Shown: piece after piece, positions 1 through 9,052 of the stretch | Layout: the number at the start of each line of letters is the position of its first letter | How positions within the stretch are numbered: position 1 is the stretch's first letter | Source of the DNA: an uncultured Halobacteriovorax sp. | GTDB lineage: Bacteria; Bdellovibrionota; Bacteriovoracia; Bacteriovoracales; Bacteriovoracaceae | Direction of reading: 5' to 3' | Assembly (NCBI GenBank): GCA_964352175.1 | Contig: CAYGQW010000001.1 | Coordinates: forward strand, 1 to 45,042 | DNA length: 45,042 bases | The notes under the pieces: generated by a model | The model's database searches: none | The model's input: only the letters and a program-made list of their open reading frames with translations | Told to the model about the DNA's origin: nothing | Program-made: the position numbers and the translations under genes

Positions 1-129
1 ATTGTTGGCCTTACAGCAAATGCAACAACACAAGACAGAGAAGAATGTATGTCAATCGGTATGGATGATTACATCGCTAAGCCCGCAAAGTTGAAAGATA
101 TACAAAAAGCACTACAAAAATTTAGTTAG
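1..129 (+). CDS. 3' end of a response-regulator receiver domain protein (5' end lies outside the window)
   Basis: Frame 1 is open from base 1 to TAG at 127-129 and reads IVGLTANATTQDREECMSIGMDDYIAKPAKLKDIQKALQKFS. The GMDDYIxKP segment matches the conserved beta5 'KP' region of CheY-like receiver domains, as found at hybrid histidine kinase C-termini. Confidence 0.55.
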   Translation: MVGLTANATTQDREECMSIGMDDYIAKPAKLKDIQKALQKFS

Positions 130-137
130 GAAAAATT

Positions 138-1511
138 ATGGAAGAATCAAATTTTCAACAAAGACGAAATAATCTAGCAGGATTGTTGCCTGAGACAGCA
201 ATAATTGTTGCTTCTTCAAAAGAAGTCACAAAAAGCCATGACAATGAATATCCTTTTCATCAAAATACACATCTTAGATATCTTACCGGTTTTCGCGAGG
301 CAGATTCACTCCTAATCATTACTCAAAGAAAAGATGAGGGTGTTAAGTCTCATTTCTTTGTTCGCCCTAAAGATGAATTTGCAGAGATGTGGCAAGGAAA
401 AAGGCTTGGCGTTGATGCTACAAAAGACCTCTTTAATTTTGACTATGTCTATGAGATCTCAAAGTTAGGAGAAATGCTTCCAAAGCTTTTAATCGGTCAT
501 AAAAATGTAGCTTGTGACTGGAGTGAACAACCTGACTTAACGACGCGTTTACTAAAAGTAATGACGAATTTAACAGGGCAAAGGAAAAATAAAAAATATA
601 AACCTGCAAAATTACTTAATCTTGCATATGCAATTGGTACATTAAGAATTACTAAAGATGCCAACGAATTAAGCTTTATGCGTAAGGCTGCACATATCAC
701 ATCACTCGGTCATCAAGCAGCGATGTCAATTTGTGAGCCCGGAAAAACTGAGGCTCAAGTACAAAGCTACATGGAATATATCTTTAAAAAAAATGGAGCT
801 GAAGACAATGCTTACCCAAGCATTGTAGCAGGTGGTAAAAACGCCTTAACACTTCACTATGTAGATAACAATGCCTTACTTCATGATCAAGACCTACTTT
901 TAATTGATGCCGGATCGCAGGTTTCAGGTTACGCCAGTGATGTAACGAGAACTTTCCCCATAAATGGTAAGTTCACTCAATTACAAAAAGAAGTTTATGA
1001 AATAACTCTTGCCTCTCAAAAAGTTGCTATTGCTATGGCGAAGCCTGGAACAACAATTCCGATGATTCACCGTGAAGTAGAAAAGGTCTTAGCCCGAGGT
1101 CTTCTAGATGCAGGACTTCTTGCTGCAAAAAAAGAAATGTCTCGTGAGTCCTTAGAGGAAATTTTACTTACAAAAAGTGATAATGATAATCATGCATTAA
1201 AGACATATTATCCCCACGGAACTTCACATTGGCTCGGCCTAGATGTCCACGACATGTCTCCCTACCTTGATGATGAGCTTAATGACATTCAACTTGCACC
1301 AGGAATGGTCATAACGATTGAGCCAGGTTTGTACTTTAATAAACCACACGCGCAAATAGTCTTTAAACTACCGCTACAAGGTTTAGGCATAAGAATAGAA
1401 GATGATATTCTTGTAACAGATAAAGGGCACGAGAACTTAACGGCTTCAATTCCAAAAGAAATTGCTGAAATTGAAGAGGCTTGTAAAAAAGATCCAAAGG
1501 ATTTTTTATGA
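138..1511 (+). CDS. pepP: Xaa-Pro aminopeptidase (M24B family)
   Basis: 457-aa ORF with an N-terminal AMP_N-like region (YPFHQNTHLRYLTGF) and a C-terminal pita-bread fold. Metal-ligand motifs are present: LIDAGS...YASDVTRTFP, HGTSHWLGLDVHD, EPGLY, GIRIEDD. Confidence 0.85.
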   Translation: MEESNFQQRRNNLAGLLPETAIIVASSKEVTKSHDNEYPFHQNTHLRYLTGFREADSLLIITQRKDEGVKSHFFVRPKDEFAEMWQGKRLGVDATKDLFNFDYVYEISKLGEMLPKLLIGHKNVACDWSEQPDLTTRLLKVMTNLTGQRKNKKYKPAKLLNLAYAIGTLRITKDANELSFMRKAAHITSLGHQAAMSICEPGKTEAQVQSYMEYIFKKNGAEDNAYPSIVAGGKNALTLHYVDNNALLHDQDLLLIDAGSQVSGYASDVTRTFPINGKFTQLQKEVYEITLASQKVAIAMAKPGTTIPMIHREVEKVLARGLLDAGLLAAKKEMSRESLEEILLTKSDNDNHALKTYYPHGTSHWLGLDVHDMSPYLDDELNDIQLAPGMVITIEPGLYFNKPHAQIVFKLPLQGLGIRIEDDILVTDKGHENLTASIPKEIAEIEEACKKDPKDFL

Positions 1512-1975
1512 TATTGATTCTTGCTTTATTTATGTTTCCAGCATTCGCGCAGAACTCAGTATTGATAAACACTGAAGACTTCAGTTTCTCTCATCCTACT
1601 TGCCTGATTCGCTTCGATAAAACACAAGAGTTTGCTGGTAAACTTGCTTCAAATCTTACAAATAAAGGTTTTAAACTTCATGATTTCATCGATAAAGATA
1701 AACTTAACTCTGAAGATTTGTATCTTAGTCTTTCCATAGAAAGAGAGGGTCTTTTTTTCAAGGACTGTAAGCTTCATCTAAGAATCATGCAGGCTAACTC
1801 GGCCAAGCGCATCTCTTCTGACAAAATATTATTAGAATCAAAGACGATACGAGCCATTCCAAGGGTAACTTTTAGTGGCGACGAAAGGTGTACTAGAGGG
1901 ATAGATGACTTATTTGTAGATATTCCAAAATGTACTTCAGGTGCATTACTTAAAAGTAATAATTTATTTGACTAG
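1508..1975 (+). CDS. hypothetical exported protein
   Basis: 155-aa ORF overlapping the pepP stop (ATGA). N-terminal signal-peptide-like MILILALFMFPAFAQ. No recognisable catalytic motif. Confidence 0.5.
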   Translation: MILILALFMFPAFAQNSVLINTEDFSFSHPTCLIRFDKTQEFAGKLASNLTNKGFKLHDFIDKDKLNSEDLYLSLSIEREGLFFKDCKLHLRIMQANSAKRISSDKILLESKTIRAIPRVTFSGDERCTRGIDDLFVDIPKCTSGALLKSNNLFD

Positions 1976-2952
1976 TAAGTTCTACGTCCAAGGTAGTGGA
2001 CAATTTCGATTAAAGGCTCTTTGGCTTTATTGATTTGCACTAAAGATAATTGACTATGAAGAGGAATCTCTTTGCTCATAATATCAATCAATCCAAGACA
2101 TTTATCCAAATGATCTCTAGCTCTAGATTCAACCAAGTTTACAGCTTGATCTAGATTTTTTTCAGTCCAAAGAGATGAGGCTGACTCACCTTTTAAAAAG
2201 CGCTCTTTAAGATCCGGATTGAACTCCATCCATTCGAATAGAACAGAATTGATAACGCCGTTTTCAAGATCTAAAAGATGGTCTTTTTTTGAGTTACCAC
2301 TAAAGTCCAGAGTGTCATCCATTTGTTGAAAAGCAAGCCCAAGATGATATCCAAAGTCTCTAGCATAACCAATGATCGCTTCAGGCATTGAGGCCACTGT
2401 AGCAGGCGCCACAGCACACCAACTCATCACTGAAGCTGTTTTCTTAACCGCAATTATTTCAATTAACTCACGGCTATAATTTCTAGATTCAGCTGAATCA
2501 AGTTGAATCCACTCACCTTCAGCAAGTGCCTGAATAACAAGTGACATCTCTTTTACAAGATCAAGATTACCCATTTTTGTGAGTTCAACGATGACATCAG
2601 CAAGAAGATAATCACCTGCTAATACAGCATGTTTATTAGTCGATTCGGCATTTATTGATGGTTTCCCGCGTCTGGTCTTTGCGCCATCAACGACGTCATC
2701 ATGAGAGAGGCTGGCAGCATGGACCATTTCAATGGCTTTTGCATATGTATCAAGCCTTTCAGCTGTGACGCCGAAAAAATTACCACAGAGATAAGTTAAA
2801 AGCGGTCTTAACCGCTTGCCGCCAAGCAGCACTGTTCGCTGTAAAAGCTGATTTATCGAGCGGTTACAACTTTCAGAGGACGTAACCATATCGAGATCGC
2901 GAACGCGGCCTAATAGCTCTGGAGGTATTGTGGTAAAAAACTTAGGGATCAT
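1972..2952 (-). CDS. long-chain trans-polyprenyl diphosphate synthase (octa/heptaprenyl type)
   Basis: 326-aa ORF with both aspartate-rich motifs of trans-prenyltransferases (LSHDDVVDG...RRGKP and FQQMDDTLDF). It is divergent from the men operon, consistent with supplying the menaquinone side chain. Confidence 0.85.
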   Translation of the reverse strand: MIPKFFTTIPPELLGRVRDLDMVTSSESCNRSINQLLQRTVLLGGKRLRPLLTYLCGNFFGVTAERLDTYAKAIEMVHAASLSHDDVVDGAKTRRGKPSINAESTNKHAVLAGDYLLADVIVELTKMGNLDLVKEMSLVIQALAEGEWIQLDSAESRNYSRELIEIIAVKKTASVMSWCAVAPATVASMPEAIIGYARDFGYHLGLAFQQMDDTLDFSGNSKKDHLLDLENGVINSVLFEWMEFNPDLKERFLKGESASSLWTEKNLDQAVNLVESRARDHLDKCLGLIDIMSKEIPLHSQLSLVQINKAKEPLIEIVHYLGRRTY

Positions 2953-3081
2953 GCAAGGTCCACCATGAATTCAATTACTTACTATTTAACATTGGAAGAG
3001 CTTCAAGTCCATCGACAATAGCTAGAGTAACCTCGACTATTAAGCCGCAATTCGGTATCTTGCTGTTAATAGATAAGGAAT

Positions 3082-3804
3082 ATGATGAATAATACAACAG
3101 GCTCTCTAAATGAACGCAAAAAAGAATCATTTCGTATCTTTGACGATATTGCAGGAACTTATGATTTGCTCAATCGTTTTTTATCTCTTGGTATTGATGT
3201 CTTATGGCGAAAACGAATGATGAAAGAGCTTCCTGCTGGGGATGATCTTGTCGCATTAGACCTGGCAACAGGAACAGGTGACGTTGCTCTAGAGTTAGCA
3301 GCACAAAAAAGAGTTTCTAGAGTTCGAGGTCTCGACTTATCAATAGGTATGATCGAGATAGGCAAAATAAAAATTGATAAAAAAGGATTCGCAGATAAAG
3401 CAGTTTTAGATATTGGTGATGGCGTATCAGTTCCAGTCGCAGATGAATCTCAAGACGTGGTTACGCTATCTTTTGGTATTAGAAATTTCCCGGATCCTCA
3501 AACTTCTCTTAAAAATATCTATCGTGTTCTTAGACCAAATGGTCGCGCGCTAATAATGGAATTTGGTTTACCTAAAAATTTTTTAGTACGTGCTTTTTAT
3601 TTATTCTATTTCAGAAAGCTTTTACCATTTGTCGGAAATTTAGTTTCAGGCCATGGTGATGCGTACACATATTTAAATAAGACAGTTGAAGATTTTCCAT
3701 ATGACCAGGATTTTTTAACTTGGATGAATGAAGCAGGATTTAAAAAAACTAAAGCTATTTCCTTAAGCTTCGGTATAGCGTTTTTATATGTGGGAGAAAA
3801 GTAA
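3082..3804 (+). CDS. menG: demethylmenaquinone/ubiquinone methyltransferase (UbiE/MenG)
   Basis: 240 aa. Has the UbiE-type N-terminus FDDIAGTYDLLNRFLSLGIDVLWRK, the SAM-binding motif LDLATGTGDVA, and FGIRNFPD. Confidence 0.9.
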   Translation: MMNNTTGSLNERKKESFRIFDDIAGTYDLLNRFLSLGIDVLWRKRMMKELPAGDDLVALDLATGTGDVALELAAQKRVSRVRGLDLSIGMIEIGKIKIDKKGFADKAVLDIGDGVSVPVADESQDVVTLSFGIRNFPDPQTSLKNIYRVLRPNGRALIMEFGLPKNFLVRAFYLFYFRKLLPFVGNLVSGHGDAYTYLNKTVEDFPYDQDFLTWMNEAGFKKTKAISLSFGIAFLYVGEK

Positions 3805-5217
3805 TTGGGTCAAAGTCCATACACTCCACTTTATACTTTAAAACTAAAAATCCTAGATAAACTAAAGGATTTTCTAGCTAATACTGATAATGCTAGTAGC
3901 ATAAAAACACTAAGCATTTCACTAGATTCAATTGATCTTATCAGTTTACTGCCATTTCTTGACCACTCTCAAAAGATTTTATTTTGTGATAGAGAGGGGG
4001 ACAAACAATATCTAGGAATTAAATTTTTAAAGATTTTCAGCAGTAGTTTTTCTATCAATCAGGCTAGGGAATATATAAGAGAGAATCCAAAACTTATAAT
4101 TCTTGGTGGACAAAAATTTCACCCAAATACAATTTCAAAAACAGAATGGGCAGAGATAGGAAATCAGCATTATGTCATTCCGCAATTTATCTTCGTGTCT
4201 GATAATAAACGAACTATGTTTCACATCAATATTAACAAGGAAGTTTTTGAAAACTCAACTTTAGTAAGTAAGTTAATTCTTGACTTAGATACACTCTTAA
4301 CTTTTAAGGGTTACTCTCAAAAAGAAGTAAAGCTAACAAAAGAAACTGACTCTCCCAAGAAAGCAGATTGGATACAGCAGGTTAATAGTGCTAAACGATC
4401 AATTCAATCTGGTTTATTACAAAAAGTTGTTCTATCTAGAAAAACTATTTTCAAAGCTGATAAACCAATAAAGCCAGATGACTTATTTGAATTAATGAAG
4501 TTCAGACCGGGTGAGCATTTCATCTTTCACCTTCAGTGGAGAAGAGATAGAAGCTTTACCTCTATGACACCTGAAAGATTATTCAAGTTAGAGGACTCAA
4601 CTATCATCACTGATGCCATCGCAGGAACAAAACCAAGAGGTAAAACAAAAGACGAAGATGATGAATATGAAATTGCTCTAAAAGAATCTTCTAAAGAGTT
4701 ACAAGAGCACCGTTTTGTATCATCCGCAGTATTAGAGACTCTCAAAAAAGTTGGATGCACTGATGCATCCATCGTAGGCGAAGCTGAAAAAATCTTGAAA
4801 CTTAAGCATGTTCAACATCTTTACACAAAACTAAGTGGTCATCTTCTGCGTACAAATAGCGTTTCAGATTTAATTTCAGCATTTCACCCTACTCCTGCAG
4901 TTGGTGGTACACCTAAACAAGAGGCATCTGACTGGCTTGCTGATAATGAAAGCTATGACAGAGGTCTTTATGCTTCTCCAGTTGGTGTTATTACAGCCAA
5001 TGGAGCTGATTTTTGTGTGGCAATTAGAAGTGCCTTAACTGAAGGCGATAAACTTCATGTTTATGCAGGGGCTGGTATTGTCGAACAAAGCGACCCTCAA
5101 TCTGAATGGGACGAAACTCAAAGTAAAATGAAGAACTTCACTTTTACTTCTAACCAAAAATACAGCAACGCTAAAGTTACAAAAGAGATTATAGATGAGC
5201 CACGCTCTTCTCACTGA
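3805..5217 (+). CDS. menF: isochorismate synthase
   Basis: 470 aa with a TTG start immediately after the menG stop. C-terminal chorismate-binding signature FHPTPAVGGTPK...YDRGLYASPVG...AIRSAL...YAGAGIV..SDP..EW.ET..K. Confidence 0.85.
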   Translation: MGQSPYTPLYTLKLKILDKLKDFLANTDNASSIKTLSISLDSIDLISLLPFLDHSQKILFCDREGDKQYLGIKFLKIFSSSFSINQAREYIRENPKLIILGGQKFHPNTISKTEWAEIGNQHYVIPQFIFVSDNKRTMFHININKEVFENSTLVSKLILDLDTLLTFKGYSQKEVKLTKETDSPKKADWIQQVNSAKRSIQSGLLQKVVLSRKTIFKADKPIKPDDLFELMKFRPGEHFIFHLQWRRDRSFTSMTPERLFKLEDSTIITDAIAGTKPRGKTKDEDDEYEIALKESSKELQEHRFVSSAVLETLKKVGCTDASIVGEAEKILKLKHVQHLYTKLSGHLLRTNSVSDLISAFHPTPAVGGTPKQEASDWLADNESYDRGLYASPVGVITANGADFCVAIRSALTEGDKLHVYAGAGIVEQSDPQSEWDETQSKMKNFTFTSNQKYSNAKVTKEIIDEPRSSH

Positions 5218-6931
5218 AAACATTTCAAGATTGTGGTCTAGTTTAATCGCTAATCAATTGCAAAAATTGGGCACAAGGCATGTCTTTGTAGCACCTGGTA
5301 TGAGAAATGCTCCTTTAATAGCAGGTTTCCAATTGCAAGAGGATATTGAACTTCATGTTGGTATGGATGAACGCGGTTTAGCCTATCAAGCATTAGGTTA
5401 TGCTAAATCAAGTGGGAATCCTGCGATCTTAGTTTGTACATCCGGTACTGCCGCTGCCAATTTTTACCCTGCCATCATTGAAGCACAGAAATCGCAAGTA
5501 CCACTTATAGTTATTAGTGCTGACCGACCAATTGAACTAGCCCAGACAGATGCCAATCAATCTATTGATCAAAAAAAGCTATATGGTAATCATGTTAAAA
5601 GTTTTCTGGACCTGGGAACTGCCGAAGACTCAATGGATTTAAAAGCACTTTGTCGTATGGTTGCCTTTTCTTGGGAAACAGCTATCAAAAGACCTTTTGG
5701 GCCAGTCCATATCAATATAGCTTTTCGTGAACCTCTAGATGGAAAAGAAACGCTTCTCAATGATATTTTGAAACAACGGGCTCAAGAAATCGTAGGCCGA
5801 CCACAAGCTTCAAGACAGCATTTAGGTAACCTCCTTAGTGATATTACACCTATACTTTCTTTTCTAGAATCTGCGAAGAGACCACTTATCGTTGTAGGAG
5901 AGCTCTCATTATGCGATGTTCGAAACTTGCGTACAGAAATTATCGATTCACTAAGAAATTGTCCCTATCCTCTTAATGTCGACGTTACTAGTTCTTTAAA
6001 ATTTGACTTCAGTCTTGAAGATGGCCTTATTCCTACTTTCGATCATCCTGAAGTCTATGATTACTTTCATGATAATTTGCCTGACCTAGTTTTACATATT
6101 GGCGGTAGACTAACCTCAAAGCATTATTATCGTTTCCTAAAAGATCATAGTGATAAATTTCCAGTTATTCATTTATCCCAAGCTAGCCAATTAAGTGATA
6201 GTGGATATTCAGTAACACATTCACTTAACGTCAATCCAACTCTTGCAATTAAAGAACTTGCGAACTACTGGAAAAGTAAAGAACCAATTAAACCATCTGT
6301 TTTTCAGTCCTTCATTAAAAGAAAAATTGACGTTATAGAAGGATCTGACAAAGTAGCCTTTCCATATATTTCAAAACGTGTCATTGAGATGATTCCACAT
6401 GGACATAATTTGGCCGTTGGCAATAGTACAATGATTCGCTCATTTGATTCCTATGCATCCTTGGCAATAGCTAAGGGTTTAAGTGTTTTAACTCATAGAG
6501 GAGTTAGTGGCATCGAAGGTTTTTTTGCCAGTAGCAGCGGCTGCGCTTTAGCCACCAACACACCTGTCACTCTGGTCTTAGGTGATGTGTCTGCTATACA
6601 TGACATCAATTCACTCGAACTTATTTCAAACTCTAAAACTCCAATTATTTGCATTATCTTGAATAACTATGGTGGCGGAATCTTTACCTTACTCAATTTA
6701 GAAAAAGGCGAAGAACTATATCCTATAATTACATCTCCTCACGAAAGAAAACTAGCTCCAATTGCTAAAGCTTTTGGTCTTAAAACTTGGGAAGTATCGA
6801 CAAGAAAAGAATTCGAACATGCCTATCAAGAAGCATTAAAACTAAGTAGATCTACTTTCATCGAAGTATCGATTGATACTGAAGCCAATAATAAGATTTA
6901 TCAGCAATTAAGGACGATAAAATTATCATGA
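5195..6931 (+). CDS. menD: 2-succinyl-5-enolpyruvyl-6-hydroxy-3-cyclohexene-1-carboxylate (SEPHCHC) synthase
   Basis: 578 aa, ThDP-enzyme layout. Has the MenD-like N-terminus (RLWSSLIANQLQKLGTRHVFVAPGMRNAPL), the GTAAANFYPAIIEA motif and the ThDP-binding GDVSAIHDINSL...NNYGGGIF. Overlaps menF by 23 nt. Confidence 0.9.
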   Translation: MSHALLTENISRLWSSLIANQLQKLGTRHVFVAPGMRNAPLIAGFQLQEDIELHVGMDERGLAYQALGYAKSSGNPAILVCTSGTAAANFYPAIIEAQKSQVPLIVISADRPIELAQTDANQSIDQKKLYGNHVKSFLDLGTAEDSMDLKALCRMVAFSWETAIKRPFGPVHINIAFREPLDGKETLLNDILKQRAQEIVGRPQASRQHLGNLLSDITPILSFLESAKRPLIVVGELSLCDVRNLRTEIIDSLRNCPYPLNVDVTSSLKFDFSLEDGLIPTFDHPEVYDYFHDNLPDLVLHIGGRLTSKHYYRFLKDHSDKFPVIHLSQASQLSDSGYSVTHSLNVNPTLAIKELANYWKSKEPIKPSVFQSFIKRKIDVIEGSDKVAFPYISKRVIEMIPHGHNLAVGNSTMIRSFDSYASLAIAKGLSVLTHRGVSGIEGFFASSSGCALATNTPVTLVLGDVSAIHDINSLELISNSKTPIICIILNNYGGGIFTLLNLEKGEELYPIITSPHERKLAPIAKAFGLKTWEVSTRKEFEHAYQEALKLSRSTFIEVSIDTEANNKIYQQLRTIKLS

Positions 6932-7812
6932 GTAAGTCTAATCCATGGGTCTTGGCTGCTAGACCAAAAACTCTCCCGGCTGCCTTAAGCCCGATAATTT
7001 TAGCTCTTGGTTATTGCTTACATTTAGACCTCAAAATCGACTACGAAACAGCCGGCATCACTCTGTTTTGTACACTGCTCTTACAGATATCGAGTAATTT
7101 TATTAATGACTATTATGACGGAATTAATGGTGTTGATACAATAGATCGACTTGGCCCAACTAGAGTTACGTCTGCAGGTTTATTACCGCCCCAGGCAATC
7201 AAAATGGGTTTCATTGCAACGCTAGGTCTGGCTTTTTTACTTGGATTTCACCTAATGAATGTTGGTGGGCTGCCTATCGTTATCATAGGCATATCTTCGA
7301 TATTTTTTGCTTGGGCCTATACAGGGGGACCCCTTCCTTTATCAAAAAAAGGTCTTGGTGAAATAGCGGCACTTATTTTCTTTGGTCCCGTAGCTGTTTG
7401 GGGAACTGTCTGGCTACAAAACCCAAAGGGAATTGATCTAGTACCGATCTATCTAGGTTTTGGACCTGGACTTATTAGTGCCGGCATACTAGCAATCAAT
7501 AATCTCAGAGATATCAACTCAGATTCAAAAACAGACAAAAAAACGATCGCCGTCCTGCTTGGTGAAAGCTTTGCAAGAAAGTTTACCTTCACATTGATTA
7601 CACTTTCACTTTTTGTTCCGATCTATTTTTCTATCATTCATAAAAGCATTTTTTTTCTTCTACCTATTATTATCTTTTTTCTCTTCTTTAGAAATTGGAA
7701 AACAATTCTTTGTGATCCGATTAGTAGAAAGCTAAATCAAACTCTCGCCAATACTGGAAAGTATTTATTATTTTATTGTCTCACCCTATCTTTCGCATTG
7801 ATATGGAAATAG
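6928..7812 (+). CDS. menA: 1,4-dihydroxy-2-naphthoate polyprenyltransferase (UbiA family)
   Basis: 294 aa, polytopic. UbiA-family Asp-rich motifs NFINDYYDGINGVD and NNLRDINSD. ATGA overlap with menD. Confidence 0.9.
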   Translation: MSKSNPWVLAARPKTLPAALSPIILALGYCLHLDLKIDYETAGITLFCTLLLQISSNFINDYYDGINGVDTIDRLGPTRVTSAGLLPPQAIKMGFIATLGLAFLLGFHLMNVGGLPIVIIGISSIFFAWAYTGGPLPLSKKGLGEIAALIFFGPVAVWGTVWLQNPKGIDLVPIYLGFGPGLISAGILAINNLRDINSDSKTDKKTIAVLLGESFARKFTFTLITLSLFVPIYFSIIHKSIFFLLPIIIFFLFFRNWKTILCDPISRKLNQTLANTGKYLLFYCLTLSFALIWK

Positions 7813-8657
7813 ATCTCAAAGTTATTACCAGGAAGTTTAAGCAACCAATGTATATTGGTAGTAAAGTAGTTTCTGAGAAACAATTTCTAGAAGGTACAAT
7901 TGATCATATAAATTTTGAACTTAGTGTGCTTGAAGGTCTTCATCAGGAAAACTTTGAACAAGCAAGAGTTCAACTTGAAGAGTACTTTGATCAAAAAATA
8001 GATAAAACACAGCTATACCCTAGCGTCTTGTTTGCAATTGAATCATGGGAATATTTAAAAAACGCTGTCTCTCCACCTCCTTTGGAAATTGAACAAAATG
8101 CCTTGCTGTTGACACCTAATCTTAAAGAACTTCAATCTCTTAGGGAGCTTGGGTTTAAATCATTTAAATTAAAGATTGCACGCCTGGAATCTGCGAATGA
8201 GATTAAGACCTTTTTTGAACATCTATTTCTGCATGAAAAAATAAGATTGGATGGTAATCAAAGGATGGTGCCAGAGCAGTTAGAACAGCTTCTCAAGCTT
8301 CTCAAACCCTATTGGGAAAAGATTGATTATATTGAAGAACCTTTTAGTGATCATTTAGAAACTTTAAATTGGTCTCACCCTGTTTCATTGGCCCTTGATG
8401 AATCACTTCCCTATTTTTTAGTTACTAAACTTCCATTTCATATTAAAAATATCATTCTTAAACCTGCTCTGTTCGGTTTCAATCGCAGCCTAGAGATCAT
8501 TGAAAATATGAATGCAAATGGTGTTGCAGTTACTCTAAGTAGTTCTTTTGAAGGTCCAATAGGAATAGCGGCAATATTTACCCTCGCTAACTATCAAAAT
8601 TCTTATCAGTCAAATTCCGCCGGTTTAGATACATTAAAGTACTTCCAAGCTCTTTAG
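7776..8657 (+). CDS. menC: o-succinylbenzoate synthase (enolase superfamily)
   Basis: 293 aa. Enolase-superfamily pattern FKLKIAR (KxK), RLDGNQ, IEEP and ALDES in the expected order, and positioned in the men operon. The start is uncertain: TTG 7776 or in-frame ATG 7803 (MEIDLKV), which overlaps the menA stop by 10 nt. Confidence 0.7.
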   Translation: MSHPIFRIDMEIDLKVITRKFKQPMYIGSKVVSEKQFLEGTIDHINFELSVLEGLHQENFEQARVQLEEYFDQKIDKTQLYPSVLFAIESWEYLKNAVSPPPLEIEQNALLLTPNLKELQSLRELGFKSFKLKIARLESANEIKTFFEHLFLHEKIRLDGNQRMVPEQLEQLLKLLKPYWEKIDYIEEPFSDHLETLNWSHPVSLALDESLPYFLVTKLPFHIKNIILKPALFGFNRSLEIIENMNANGVAVTLSSSFEGPIGIAAIFTLANYQNSYQSNSAGLDTLKYFQAL

Positions 8658-8785
8658 TATCAGAGTTACATTAGCCCCAAAGCCGTGCCTAAATCATTCC
8701 GACAATACTTCACTAAGGAAGTGAGAGCAGGTTCCGTATAGGAGGTATTATAGATTCGAGGTAAACTATAACCAAGGAGGCGACC

Positions 8786-8944
8786 ATGAAAAAAACATTC
8801 GCTCTTATCGCCCTATTAATAGCTTTAACTTCTTGTGCTAGTCCCGAGCAAAGCCGTGAAATCGCTCAAGAGAAATGTGGGGATAATTATTTTGTAGACT
8901 ATTATACCCAAGTACAAAATGTAGATAGATGTAACGGGTTTTAA
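8786..8944 (+). CDS. small (52 aa) putative lipoprotein, not in the supplied ORF track
   Basis: ATG at 8786 is preceded by AAGGAGG (8774-8780). Translation is MKKTFALIALLIALTSCASPEQSREIAQEKCGDNYFVDYYTQVQNVDRCNGF with a lipobox (LTSC). Stop TAA at 8942-8944. Confidence 0.55.
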   Translation: MKKTFALIALLIALTSCASPEQSREIAQEKCGDNYFVDYYTQVQNVDRCNGF

Positions 8945-9052
8945 CAAATTTTCCGAAACAACTAACTATTTCATTTAATATAATGATTGAGACTACAGGA
9001 ATTGATGTAAACAAATTCGCATACCGGCTCGCTTCAAAAAATCATTCTGGAT

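Noticed and set aside
497-700. Short antisense or shadow ORFs inside well-supported genes. Examples: 497-700, 1363-1572, 3159-3365, 4533-4772, 5035-5223, 9562-9753, 10985-11206, 11175-11372, 16666-16857, 19707-19919, 23061-23324, 23356-23571, 23900-24289, 25725-25916, 27870-28130, 28009-28212, 30114-30302, 31411-31725, 31563-31763, 32076-32264, 32656-32841, 34319-34543, 37828-38673, 38754-39002, 39487-39690, 40673-41081, 41791-41991, 44190-44372, 44747-44935.
   Set aside because: Each lies wholly within, and mostly opposite to, a longer ORF with clear family motifs. None has a recognisable motif or RBS, so they are treated as shadow ORFs.
8658-8785. 128-nt leader upstream of the small lipoprotein ORF; inspected for a riboswitch or attenuator structure.
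   Set aside because: Only a 5-bp hairpin (acttc/gaagt) was found, with no conserved riboswitch core sequence that I recognise.
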